Of a stretch of 64,000 bases of DNA, positions 13,401-24,998 are shown one piece after another. The position numbers were made by a program, and so were the translations under genes. Each line of letters starts with the position of its first letter. The stretch's first letter is position 1. Source of the stretch: Podarcis cretensis. Taxonomy: Eukaryota. A model generated the notes under the pieces. The model was not told where the DNA came from, did no database searches, and worked only from the letters and a program-made list of their open reading frames with translations. The stretch covers positions 52,762,001 to 52,826,000 of the forward strand of contig OX638150.1 in assembly GCA_951804945.1 (NCBI GenBank). Direction: 5' to 3'.

Positions 13401-16077
13401 TAAAATGAACTGGGGCACTTATAAAGTAGTAGACTTCTCTCAAGTGTGTAACAAAAATACTGGAAAATGCTTCAGAAAATAGGGTGGCTATAGAACCATA
13501 GAACTGTAGAGTTGGAAGGGACCACAAGGATCATCCAGCCCAATAGTGCAGGAATCTTTTGCTAGGCTAGATCCGGAAGTGGCCCACCCACTGCTTATTA
13601 CTTTTGACAGGTAGGTGGGACCACCTGTGACACTTAGATGACATTGGGTGATATCAGATGTGTGATATCACTTTCAAAGGAAGAATTTGGCAAATACTTT
13701 GAAGTGCCCTCTTAATTCTTCCTTTGGAGCCATGGCTTGAATTTCAAGGCACGGCTTAGTTAAAATACAAGTCCCACTTTCAGCAGCGATCTGCTCTGCT
13801 CAGGGACTCTGATATGGAGCTCCTGAGTGGAGCTGATTAAAGCAGGGCTTGCTTTCAGTGCTGAGTTTAAATTCAGTGCTCAATGCAAGCCCCACTTTCA
13901 GCAGGGATGGGTCCACTCAGGAGCTTCCAAATGGAACTAATCCCATTAGGGCTTTCCTTTGGCATCAAATTTAAAGGCACTGAATGCAAACCCCTTTTAC
14001 AGAAGAACAATCGGGAGCACATTATGCGCCACAGCCCATTCAAATGGGTCTTGTGGGCTGAATTAGGACCACAGCAGGCCTAATTTGCCCTGCAGCCTGA
14101 GCTTTCCCACCCGTGTCTTAATCTGTCAAACATAAGCACCCTGTGAAGATTACCACTGGGGCAATGCACTTCAGCTCTGCCTCTAGCTGAAACTTCAGTC
14201 TGTACTTGAGTCAGAAACATCTAAAACTTTTTGAAATATATGATACAGGGATAACATCATCTTCATCTCTGGAATGTTTTGAGAATCACTATAGCGTTGC
14301 CTAGATAATATAAATGTGGATGACACAAATGTCACTGTATTTCAATACATACATGAATAGGTCTACATATATTTAAATGAGTTTTTAAAGTTGTAGTGTT
14401 TGGTTGTGGTTTCTGTGAGAAATCTTTGTTAGAGACAGCTTGGAAATCTGCAGCAGGAAAACCTACTGCAAGTCTGTATTATTTTCTTGGTACCATTTAT
14501 GTCAAAACCAGACTCTTTGTGACACATAAGTGATAGAACAGGGAGTCTGCCAATTCAGCATCACTCTCATGGGCCTCACTAGGAATTGCAGCTATGTTGA
14601 CCAGCTCGTCAGTGTACCAAACAAGGAAAGTTGTGTTGTATATTTGGTTTTGTTAGCCAGTTATAGACCACAAGCAGAATTTTATAGCTTTTTAGGCAGG
14701 GAATGCTCTGAAAACACTTGAGGCTCTGTCAGGCAAACACAAGGCAGAGTAGTGTAGCTAGATTTTTTACTTCAGTAATTACAGAAACACCCTAGGCCTT
14801 TCTGGTTTTATAAACAATGAAATACTTGATGTTTAGCAGGAATTATTGTCAAGACCTTCCTTTCCAGTATGTTGATACTGAGTGTTGAATTCTCCTGTCC
14901 ACTGTACAGTTATCACCCCTTTCTAGCTCCAGCCCCTCTGAACATGCTGCCAGTTTTACCTCATCAGACCCTATGTGACTGAGGGGTATTTTAATTTGTT
15001 TGAAAGGAGTGAAGAGAGGATATAGGCGAGAAGAGCCACTGGCAAAAGCTCTGTTCTGTGGAGAGAGTTGGTCAAGTAAACATGTTGGGAGTGGAGATAT
15101 TGGGAACAAAAGTAACAAATCTTTTAGGAAAACAAATGTTTTGCAGGGTTTATATTTTCTATTTTTTGTTGATGAAATGCCTGAACCCTCACAATACAAG
15201 TGGTTCTTAAATAGTGGGTTGTAAGCTTTGCTGTATGTTCCTAATACTAAGTGTTGAATACGATATAATGTGACATATGATGCTCTCTGCCTAATGGACT
15301 ATCCCTTGTTCTGGAAATTAGGGGGATGTAATCTTGTTTCTGGGTTTAATAGGTAAAAAAGAACGTTGCTGGTTGCTGCTCTGTGCATGAGGTGTTTGTT
15401 GATGTGTGAAGCTTTTTAACTCGAAAAGCTATAGCATAGCTGTATTTTTCTTCTTCACTGGCAGCATTGAGAAGCTAGAGTATTGGAGCAATTTATTCTC
15501 GATGGCCAAAGCTGACAAATAACAGAGGGAGTTCAATAGATGTAGGTAGAAAGCAACCAGTTTTGATGCCTCATACCTAATCTACAGAGTCCTGCATTGG
15601 TTTGTCCCAATTGATCATGTGCTTACAAGTGACTTGCTAGATGTGGGGCTAAACTGGGAGTTGTAGGCCCTTAGACATTGACCTTCCTGTGTTTGATGTC
15701 ATGGTGTTTGTATGGTCCTGTCAGTTTTTCCTGTGTAAATTTTTCACTGGGGAGGGTGGTACCTTGTAACCAAATGTCATGATATTGAGGAAACACACAG
15801 AATGCTAGAACTGAAGTCGAAAGATGCAGTGTCCTAGCAACATGAGAGAAACTAGGGTGCCCTAGTGAGCACAAAGCAGCTAAAGAGCGAGTTTTCAAAA
15901 TGAGATCTCTTTGCTAGCTTCTGTCATGTTGTTGTGTACCCAGTGACAAAAGATGTGGGTCTGCAGCGCATTAAAGCCTAAGAACCACTGAGCAATCATA
16001 AGGGAAGTGAAACAATATATATATATATATATTTAACAATGTTTGAAAGGCTGTTTTTCTTCTCATTTGACATGCAG

Positions 16078-16101
16078 CAAGGACATATGGGAGAAGGCGA
16101 G
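16078..16101 (+). CDS. CPEB4: CPEB4 24-nt neuronal microexon (exon 4), encoding (A)RTYGRRR
   Basis: tttttcttctcatttgacatgcAG|CAAGGACATATGGGAGAAGGCGAG|GTaaca. The exon is 24 nt, phase 1-1, and joins in frame to exon 5 (GQSSLFPMEDG). It matches the ARTYGRRR microexon I recall for CPEB4. Confidence 0.95.
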
Positions 16102-16681
16102 GTAACAACATTCCTCTTTAATTTTCTGATGTTTAAAATGTCTCATGGCACAGCTAATGCACAATCTGCTTCTGTAAGGAGGACTGGAAGCAGTTTTTTT
16201 TTTTAAAAAGCCAGGCTTCCTCAATTTGCATGCTGTGGTAACCTTTAGTAACTTAATGTAGTGGCTCCCAAAATTAAGACTACCTAGGCAGAATTAGGAT
16301 AGTTATACTGAGGCATGGGGATGAAGAGGCGTCAATCAGTGTTACTACAGTGTAGACTATATAATATATATAGAGGTCTGACCTTATGTGTGGGTGTGGG
16401 TGGTTGTTGCTTAGAAAAGCACCTAAGTGACTTGGGCTCCAGGTCTATTTTTCAAAGGTGACTTTGGCCATGATGCACTGTAATAGGAAAAAGACAATGG
16501 TTATCATATGTATTCTGACATGGGTGATTTAATACTGCTTCTTAAATAGTGTGCCCTTGTGGAATCAGATTGCTTTTCTGGTTCTCTCCTGTGAACAAGC
16601 TAAAAATATCTGTGTCTGAGAGGTGCCTGGAGCCTTGGAACTGTAATTGTGTGTTTTGAAGAGCTCCTCAGCTGCTGCTTC

Positions 16682-16738
<57 letters not shown>

Positions 16739-16840
16739 TATATGCCATCCATCTGACTGGATTGCCCCAGCCACTCTGGGCAGCTCCCAACAAAAAATAG
16801 TAAAAGCACAATACATCACACACTAAAAACTTCCCTAGCT
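16682..16840 (-). mobile_element. L2-like LINE 3' end with (TTA)n microsatellite tail
   Basis: An (ATA)n run followed by 'catctgactgg..ccccagccactctgggcagctcccaaca', which I recognise as a common lacertid LINE 3' end. Confidence 0.6.
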
Positions 16841-19782
16841 TGGGTTGGGGGCACTAGCAATCATAATTTGAAGTTGGGGGGAGTTTCATGTCATTTGTGA
16901 AAATGGATCCTGGCAATTAAGTCACTTAGGTGCTTTGTGGAATGAGGGAACTGCATTGCTCGGATTTCATCCTCTGAACTTGCATGTTGAGTAAATAACC
17001 ATGAATACATGCCACTTTGCTTAGCTTCTTCAACACTTTCTTGCTTGGGGTGAGGGAAGCATTTATGCAATAAGAATAGAGTAGTAAGGAGAGTTAATAC
17101 TAAAGAAAAGGAAGAGTGGCTATATGTAGTCCAGGAAAAGGGTCTGCAAATTTAGTTTTCAAAGAGAATTCATCCCTTTCAGTGGGTTTCAGATCATTAC
17201 ATTAGAAAGCAAATGTTCTAGAATGCTGGTAATGATAATGGGATTAATATTGTTGTGCTCATCTTCTAAACAGGAGTTGTATTTTTTGATAGGTTGTGGT
17301 AAACTGGTTCACTGTTTATTAGTGACTCAGATTTTATTGACATGTTTGACTTCTGGGGGCACCCCTTGATCAGAGAGGTGAGGTGTTTGAGAGGAGGAGA
17401 CAGATCTTCTTACACTGATCTGCCCTTTAGCCCTTCAGCCAAGAACCTTAGAGTTGCCACTTCCCATGTCAAAAGGAACCTATGACATTCCTGTTGCTGC
17501 CCTTGTTGAATGATCACATAGAGGAAAGCATGACAGTGCCATTGGCAATATGTGTAGCTTGCCATATTCAGTATATAAGGAACAATGTTTTCAACCATCT
17601 TGGTGTACTCTAAATAAAACTGCACTGTGATGTTTCATCAAAAAGGGATTGTAACACATTTTTTCCTTCCGTGTGAATGTTAATTTAAAAGAAACTGGAA
17701 CACTAGCCAGAAACACAAGTTTCCAGCCTGTCTTGAAATGATACAGGAAGTCAGGTGCTAAAGTGATCAGTTTTGTCTATATGAATGTTAAGCGGTATGA
17801 AACAAAGTACCACTTTCACAGTAACATATACAGTAAGTACCATAGCAAGGAGATCCCTACATAATTAATAGCAGAATGATTCTTGAAACATGGCTTTCCT
17901 AGATAAACCATTAATCTTGTATAACATCAAGGTACTGGTTACTATTAGGAAACAAAACCACCTAGAGTCTACATCTGTCTGTGGTGATACATCTGTACCT
18001 GGACTATATCACTTCAGTCTGAAAGAGTGAAGAGTCACAGAACCAAATGTTTCCTTTGCAAAACATCATTGTACATTGAAAGCTGGCATATTAGGGGTAA
18101 GGCTAGGCTATAACCTTTTCCCCTGACATGCTAATCTTATATGTGTGGGGACTTTTCTTATATGGAAAAACACACAATTGCATACGTTCTTACTTCTTGT
18201 ATGTAGTGGCACAACCAAGACTGATGAATGAGCCTCAACTTGTTTCATGTTGGCTAGGAAATAAGCTGAGAAGTAACCAGTTTATTTCTAAGCCAAGTAC
18301 CCTTTGTTTACTGGATTTTACTCATCTACTAGTGGTGTTCTGGCTCAGGCAGTAGTGGTAGCAAGCTGCAGGGAAAAGCAAAGGAGGGGCGTCTCACTCT
18401 TCCTTTCCCTCCTTCTCATAACAAAATCAGGGAAATGTAGTTTTCCCAACAACAATGTTGGTAGGCACTAGAAAAAATGATTTTCCAGGGGTTAATTGTG
18501 GCTCACGTACCTACGAAGGTAGAAGAAGGAAACCTTCTTTCCTTGCTGATACCACCATTGGGGATGAAGGGAAGGACCTCAATAATGTTTGAGGTCAATA
18601 TTCATTTTGGTGGTGTATTTCTATACTTTTGTGATGACCAGTGGTTTTTGCAAATAAACTTGGCTGGTTGCTTAGTGGAGGAAGTTTGGGAATAGGCTAG
18701 TGGGTAAGAAGGGAGTGAGTGGGTAGAAGTTTGGGAGTCTGATTGGATGGAAGAGGAATTATTCTATAGATAAGAATAAAACCTGAGCTGAAGAAGAGTT
18801 CAGGGGTGACAGTAATACTTGCTTCAAGGTTGGGGGCAAGTATTAAGTTTTTATTCTGCCTTTCCTCCTGAAGTTCAGTGAGGCATGCATTGTTATTCCT
18901 TCCCCATTTTATCCTCAAAGCAGCCTTGTGAGGTAGGTTAGGCTAAGAGAGAGAGACTGCTCCAAGGTCTTCCCAGCACTAGTCTAATAACCTAACAATT
19001 ATGTGATGCTGTATGCCAAGCATTATGAGACCTATGAAACTCATACTTCCAGGAAGAGTTACAGCATTAGTTGGTTTACTGTGTCAGTAAAAACTAGGGC
19101 TAAAGAATTTCAGATTTGGGGAGGGGAGTATTTGTTTGGTAAGATATTTTACTACTGCTGTCACATTGTGACTGTTCATGATTTCAAGTCTCTGAGATTA
19201 AAGTGTAAATTAGATATGGGATATTTCACTTCATCTGAACTATGCAGTTATATGGGGTTAGCCGAAATCTTGCAATTTGCAATGCCACAGCATTCTTCAT
19301 ACGATATTGGGGAAAGGCACCAAAATTATTCTTAATATATTTGATAAAGCATTTATTTGCAGCATATGTTTGAAAAATATTCAATTTGGTGTGTGTTGAG
19401 AAGAGAATTGGGGGATATATTGACGGTAGAGGTTAGCCATTTAATGATTTTGATTGTGCTTGTATTATATTATGGTACATTACCTTGAGCTGCCTGCATA
19501 ACAGCTGACAGAAAAATATTGAATTAATAAATAATATTAAAATGAGGTTTTCCTATTTTGTTTCATAGATAGCATTAACAGGGCATCTTCGTATACCAAG
19601 AGGTCAGGCTGTAGGAGTAAGAAAGACATGTAGTTAATGTTACTGTTAATTATGTACGCAGAAGGGAAAATGCTCTGACATGTCTGATGTAACAGTTAAT
19701 ATTAATGAAATAATTGTATCTATCCAAATAGAATTTTCTTCTGTTAGTATGTTTTGCATTTCCCTCCTCTTTTCCATTGTAG

Positions 19783-19956
19783 GTCAGTCTTCACTGTTCC
19801 CAATGGAAGATGGGTTTTTGGATGATGGACGTGGGGATCAGACGCTCCATAGTGGCTTGGGATCACCACACTGCTTTTCCCACCAGAATGGCGAGCGAGT
19901 GGAACGGTACTCCCGCAAGGTGTTTGTAGGTGGTTTGCCACCTGATATTGATGAAG
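19783..19956 (+). CDS. CPEB4: CPEB4 exon 5 (GQSSLFPMEDG...VERYSRKVFVGGLPPDIDE), start of RRM1
   Basis: AG/GT boundaries, 174 nt. The RNP2 motif KVFVGGLPPDI is typical of CPEB2-4, and the upstream GQSSLFPMEDGFLDDGRGDQ stretch is CPEB4-type. Confidence 0.97.
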
Positions 19957-21818
19957 GTATACTTGGACATCAGTATAGCCAAGAATACCCACATTAACCA
20001 TAAGGGCCAAGGCTTAATTGTGACACGTGGGAGGGGTGGACCCTCATGTCTTGGCTATGTGCAATTTTTGGGGGGCTGTGAAAATAATTACCTAAACTAT
20101 GAGCTGCCAAATATGCAAGCTGCTGGGTTATGAACTGTGAGGATAAGGAGTTATGAGCTGGACAGCTCATGCGATAGGTTTTCTTTCCATCTAGTTCCGT
20201 TAGTTGCATATTATGTTGAATGACATCATAAAACTCTTTATGAAGGTCTTTTTTTTTGGAGATGGCTGTGCTTAAGACTTTATGTTAAAGCCATTAATAC
20301 AGGCACAAATTTAGATCAGTGTCTGACTTAGAAGTGGAGTGCAGTGCTTCGATTGTTTTAAGGAGCAATACACAAGGCACTGCCTTTTTGTAACCACTGT
20401 ATATTTCACTGGGGGAATGAATTATCCCTACACCTCAAATCTGTTTTAAGCATAATTAACACTGTTGGGGGTGTGCCTAATAGGGTGAGAGTTATTGCAG
20501 TATAGGCTTTCATTTGAAAACAGGGTTTAAGTAGGTGGACAACCATGGGTGAGTTTCTTTAGCTGAATGGGTCTCTGCCATGGGTATCTATTTTGTATTG
20601 TTCATGGTTGGTTTTGGTTTTTAAAATATATATGTTGTTTTTAAATGCTTTTTGCTATTTTTATTGTGCATTGCCTTGAAACATTTGTGTAGAAGGCAGT
20701 TAGTTGATAATAAATAAATAATAGATCCCTCTAGGTAATTAGTTATAAGAACAAAATAATGCCTCATTTTAAACAATAATTTACATTACTTTCTTTGGGA
20801 TAGCTAACCCTAAAATACTATTTTCAAATTCTGTTAATTTGGAAAAACAGCAATGTCCCAATATCTCTTTAGCACCTCTGTTGCTTGCATGCACATGAAA
20901 GTATCTGGGAGGCTTGTGACTGGGTCAGAGATCATTTGCTTTTGGGAAAAGAAATCCTGACACATGTTGAAATCCAGAGGATAGTTTGAGAGGGATTTAA
21001 GGGAAATAGTAAATGAATGGAAGTGGGTAGGTCACATATATTTTATTTATTCAGAGAAAAACTAAATTTTCTTCCTTTAAATAGCTTTAATTATGAGTTT
21101 GTTTTAAAATTAGACTGACTTTAAGAATTCTCTATCTGCTGTTGTTAGCATGAGCAGTACAGTAGTTAGATTTGTGTAATATTAGCCTGTATGTAAGTCA
21201 CCTGATCTGAATTTTGAAATGGAAGGAGGCTTTGAAATGGCTGCAGCAATTGCTTTCTGTTAATGTGTTCTGTGCATACTGTCTGCATCCTCGTCTCTAT
21301 GGCTATTACATAACTGCTTTCTAGAAGCCCTGCCGAAGTTAGTCGGAGGTCAAGCTCAGATAATGTGCACAGATGTGGCATAAGCATGTGATGTGAGCAG
21401 GCATGACTAGACCGTGTGATATTCTTTTCTCTTTCTCCCAGCATTTTGCAAAGCAGCTTGCAGAGCAGACTGCTCAGCACTCTGATTCAGACTCTGCACG
21501 CTAGCTGTGGGAGAATGCCTGAAGCTAGGATCTGGTAGCTGTTTAGGTTCAGTGATTTCGCTCCTTTGAGTGGCTTGCTGCAAATCTTTATTTGTAATCT
21601 AAAACACACAGCTTCAGTATCTGAACTGTTTTCTTCATTATTAGACATATGTTTTGACTTGTCAAGCCCTCCCTTTAAACAATAAAAACATCATCAGCTC
21701 TCTGTCTCTTAGCATTACAGAAAATACTTGTAGGCTAGACCAAAGTGTTATTACCAACTTACCTGAAATCACTGTATGATGTGGTGTTTTAATACTTGCT
21801 TTTCCCTCTGACCTGCAG

Positions 21819-21908
21819 ATGAGATCACCGCTAGCTTTCGCCGCTTTGGCCCTTTGATTGTGGATTGGCCTCACAAGGCTGAAAGCAAGTCTTATTTTCC
21901 TCCTAAAG
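21819..21908 (+). CDS. CPEB4: CPEB4 exon 6 (DEITASFRRFGPLIVDWPHKAESKSYFPPK), RRM1
   Basis: ctgcAG|ATGAGATC...CCTAAAG|GTaaca; 90 nt, phase 1-1, in frame with exons 5 and 7. Confidence 0.97.
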
Positions 21909-22320
21909 GTAACACTTAGTATTTTATATGTTACATTTTGTGTCCCGTCCTTCCTCAGAAGAGCGCAGGTTAACTGTGATCTGGTGACATCTTGTTTCAC
22001 CTATTGAACTTCACAACTGAGCTGGGATTTGAACCCGGCTCTCTTGGTTCAAGCACAACACAATCCACTAAGGCACACAATATTTTCCTATTGTGTGGGT
22101 GCAGTAAGGTTGCAGATTATGGATTCTTTTTTTTTTTTAAGTATTATTCTCTGTGCCTTTTGTTTGTTTGAAATTGTTCTTCATTGCTGCTATTGCTCTA
22201 AGACCCTGCTGTACTTTGAATACTTTAGTTGGGCTGTAGATAACAATGCTCTATTTAGTCATAGTTTAAGATTATTTTTATTTCTGCTCCCATTCAGTAA
22301 ATTACTTGGTTTATTTAATC

Positions 22321-22585
22321 CAGAAACAGGGAATCTGTGGCCCTCCAAATGTTACTGGACTCCAACTGTCATTAGCCCCCCGTTAGCATAGCCAGTGGTC
22401 AGGGATAATAGAAGCTGTAGCCCAACATCTGGGGGGGGGGGTGTTCAGCTACATTTTACTCAGAGTAGATTCACTGAAATTAATCAGCTTGACTAAGTTA
22501 TGGCCATTTATTTTAATAGGCCCAGTTTGAATTAAACTTGGTTGAATACCATTCCTAGAGAGCCATAGGTTCTCCATCTTTGCTT
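22321..22585. mobile_element. Decayed hAT MITE interrupted by a palindromic MITE (about 22437-22555)
   Basis: The outer sequence resembles the 5810 family. The inner sequence ('ttttactcagagtaga...gttgaatacca') matches copies at 54018 and 55710. Confidence 0.6.
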
Positions 22586-22858
22586 TAACTTCTCTCCCCT
22601 CACCCCCTGTTCCTTGTTCTACTTAAATCTTTCACTTTGAATGACAAAAGCTTATGTTACAACATACACTGTATAGGGAGTTTGCCATTGAAGTTGTGGC
22701 CAAGAAATGTAGGAAGCTTTGGCTCTTGTAGCCTGCTCCCACTCTTATTAATAAAAACAATTTGTTTAGATCAGCGCTTTTCCAATTGCTTCTCCAAAAA
22801 AATCTTCATATTCCCTAAATATGGGCTAAGGATTTGTTCATCTCTATGAACAAATTGC

Positions 22859-23224
22859 GGGGACACGGGTGGCGCTGTGGGTAAAACCTCAGTGCCTAGG
22901 ACTTGCTGACCGTAAGGTCGACGGTTCAAATCCCCGCGGCGGGGTGAGCTCCCGTCATTCGGTCCCAGCTCCTGCCCACCTAGCAGTTCGAAAGCACCCC
23001 TAAGTGCAAGTAGATAAATAGGTACCGCTTTATAGCGGGAAGGTAAACGGCGTTTCCGTGTGCTGCGCTGGTGCTGGCTCGCCAGTTGCAGCTTCGTCAT
23101 GCTGGCCACGTGACCCGCAAGTGTCTTCAGACGGCGCCGGCTCCCGGCCTCTTGAGCGAGATGAGCGCGTAACCCTAGAGTTGGTCACGACTGGCCCGTA
23201 CGGGCAGGGATACCTTTACCTTTA
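22859..23224 (+). mobile_element. Sauria SINE, near full length, in CPEB4 intron 6
   Basis: tRNA-derived head with box A (TGGCGCTGTGG) and box B (GGTTCAAATCC); (ACCTTT)n tail; CpG-rich, so probably young. Confidence 0.92.
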
Positions 23225-23325
23225 TGGTCTTTTTCTTGGTTATGTGGAGCCTAAGTAGATAACTTCAATGCTCTGAATCTCACAGAATTTTTGCAATGCT
23301 TGCCTCTGTTTCTTTATCTACATAG

Positions 23326-23444
23326 GATATGCATTTTTGCTGTTCCAAGATGAAAGCTCTGTGCAGGCTTTGATTGATGCATGTATTGAAGAGGATGGAA
23401 AACTCTATCTGTGTGTTTCCAGTCCCACAATTAAAGACAAACCG
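23326..23444 (+). CDS. CPEB4: CPEB4 exon 7 (GYAFLLFQDESSVQALIDACIEEDGKLYLCVSSPTIKDKP), RRM1
   Basis: catAG|GATATGCA...AAACCG|GTaagt; 119 nt; contains the RNP1 motif KGYAFLLF across the junction. Confidence 0.97.
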
Positions 23445-23975
23445 GTAAGTGGAATTTTCAGGTATGTGTAATTTGGAAGAAGATGGACACAGAAATTGGG
23501 TGCATAAGTGCTACATTTTCACAAGGCATAGGTTGGCAATACATGCTTTCTTTCTACGTGAGCACATACTACCATTATTTTTCAATAAATGTGCACTATT
23601 CTTTGGGTTAGGGTCAAGATAATTATTCCAGAATATAGAATAGTAGGCATTAGGCCAAACTTGGCTAGTCTTTACTAACCTGATTTGGGGCCAAATCCCA
23701 CATGTTTCATATCTGATCTCCAGCATAGCCCCATCCCCAAAGAGACCCTCCTATTCTATGACCCACTTAATATATTTTCTCACAAGCGGAGATCTAACTC
23801 CCACTTCAGTATGAATCCAAACATGTCTTCAAATAGACTTCAATGGGCCTTGCTATAACTATCAACCAGCTGACTGGAGGTTACAGCAAGACGCTTTACA
23901 GTTGCCTGGATGTGGCTCTTTATGTGTTCTAGGGAAACGCTGAGGACTAGCCCATTTGTCACAAGTAATGCACTC

Positions 23976-24003
23976 GTGTGTGTGTGTGTGTGTGTTTGTG
24001 TGT

Positions 24004-24037
<34 letters not shown>

Positions 24038-24038
24038 A
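23976..24038. repeat. Compound (GT)n(GC)n(AC)n self-complementary microsatellite
   Basis: Seen directly. Confidence 0.95.
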
Positions 24039-24453
24039 GACACAGTACACCCCCCTCCTCTCAGTCCTTCACTTCTGAATAATTTAATGTGTGGACAGAG
24101 GTTTGTTGTGATGACTGAGCCATATCTGAGTAAAGGACATGGTGGTTCATCTTTCTTAGACAGACGTGTGGACTGTGCAAGCTGCTTCCTTGAGGAGTGC
24201 CCTTTCTCCACCCTGGTAGCCTATTTTGCTCCTGCTTCAGAAATTCCATATGTGAAACCTGGCTTTGTTATTGCTTGACTAGATAAGAATGATTGCTAGG
24301 AAAGTAGCCTCTAAAATCCCATGGATGTGACATGCAGGAAACACTGTTGTTGTAACATCTTAATGATGTGCATGCTGCAGGGCAGGGTGGTGGTGGGATA
24401 ATTTGACTGTCAACTTGAATTGTGAGTGGTAAAGTTTCATCTTCTGCTTGTAG

Positions 24454-24568
24454 GTTCAAATCCGGCCTTGGAATCTTAGCGATAGTGACTTTGTGATGGA
24501 TGGCTCACAGCCTCTAGATCCGCGGAAAACCATTTTTGTAGGAGGAGTTCCACGACCCTTACGGGCAG
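24454..24568 (+). CDS. CPEB4: CPEB4 exon 8 (VQIRPWNLSDSDFVMDGSQPLDPRKTIFVGGVPRPLRA), linker and start of RRM2
   Basis: gtAG|GTTCAAATC...CGGGCAG|GTatgg; 115 nt. Confidence 0.97.
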
Positions 24569-24816
24569 GTATGGTATGCAAAAACAAGTGCAGTGGCTCG
24601 TTGATTCTATCCAAGCTGCCTTACTGCTGTGAGAGAACATTGTGTCCTTATTTCTATTGTAGAAGTATGCCAGTGCTTGCTAAATTTAACTTTTGCTGAC
24701 ACTCCAATTATTTCCAGATACAAGAGTACAAATAAACATGCTTTTGCCCAGGGTCTAGAAAGAGAAGTATGTATATAAAATATCTGGGTAAATCGTTTGT
24801 TACTACTTTATTTTAG

Positions 24817-24998
24817 TGGAGCTTGCAATGATAATGGACCGGCTGTATGGAGGAGTTTGCTATGCTGGAATTGACACAGATCCTGAGCTGAAGTACCCAA
24901 AAGGAGCTGGGCGTGTTGCATTTTCTAATCAACAGAGTTACATAGCTGCTATCAGTGCCCGCTTTGTTCAGCTGCAACATGGAGAGATAGATAAACGG
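24817..24998 (+). CDS. CPEB4: CPEB4 exon 9 (VELAMIMDRLYGGVCYAGIDTDPELKYPKGAGRVAF...HGEIDKR), RRM2
   Basis: ttttAG|TGGAGCTT...AAACGG|GTaagg; 182 nt. Confidence 0.97.

Noticed and set aside
1-16077. CPEB4 exon 3 (51 nt, GRLNYSYPGSDSSLLIN-like)
   Set aside because: I could not find it by eye. It probably lies upstream of the window. A tBLASTn search would settle this, so I do not claim loss.
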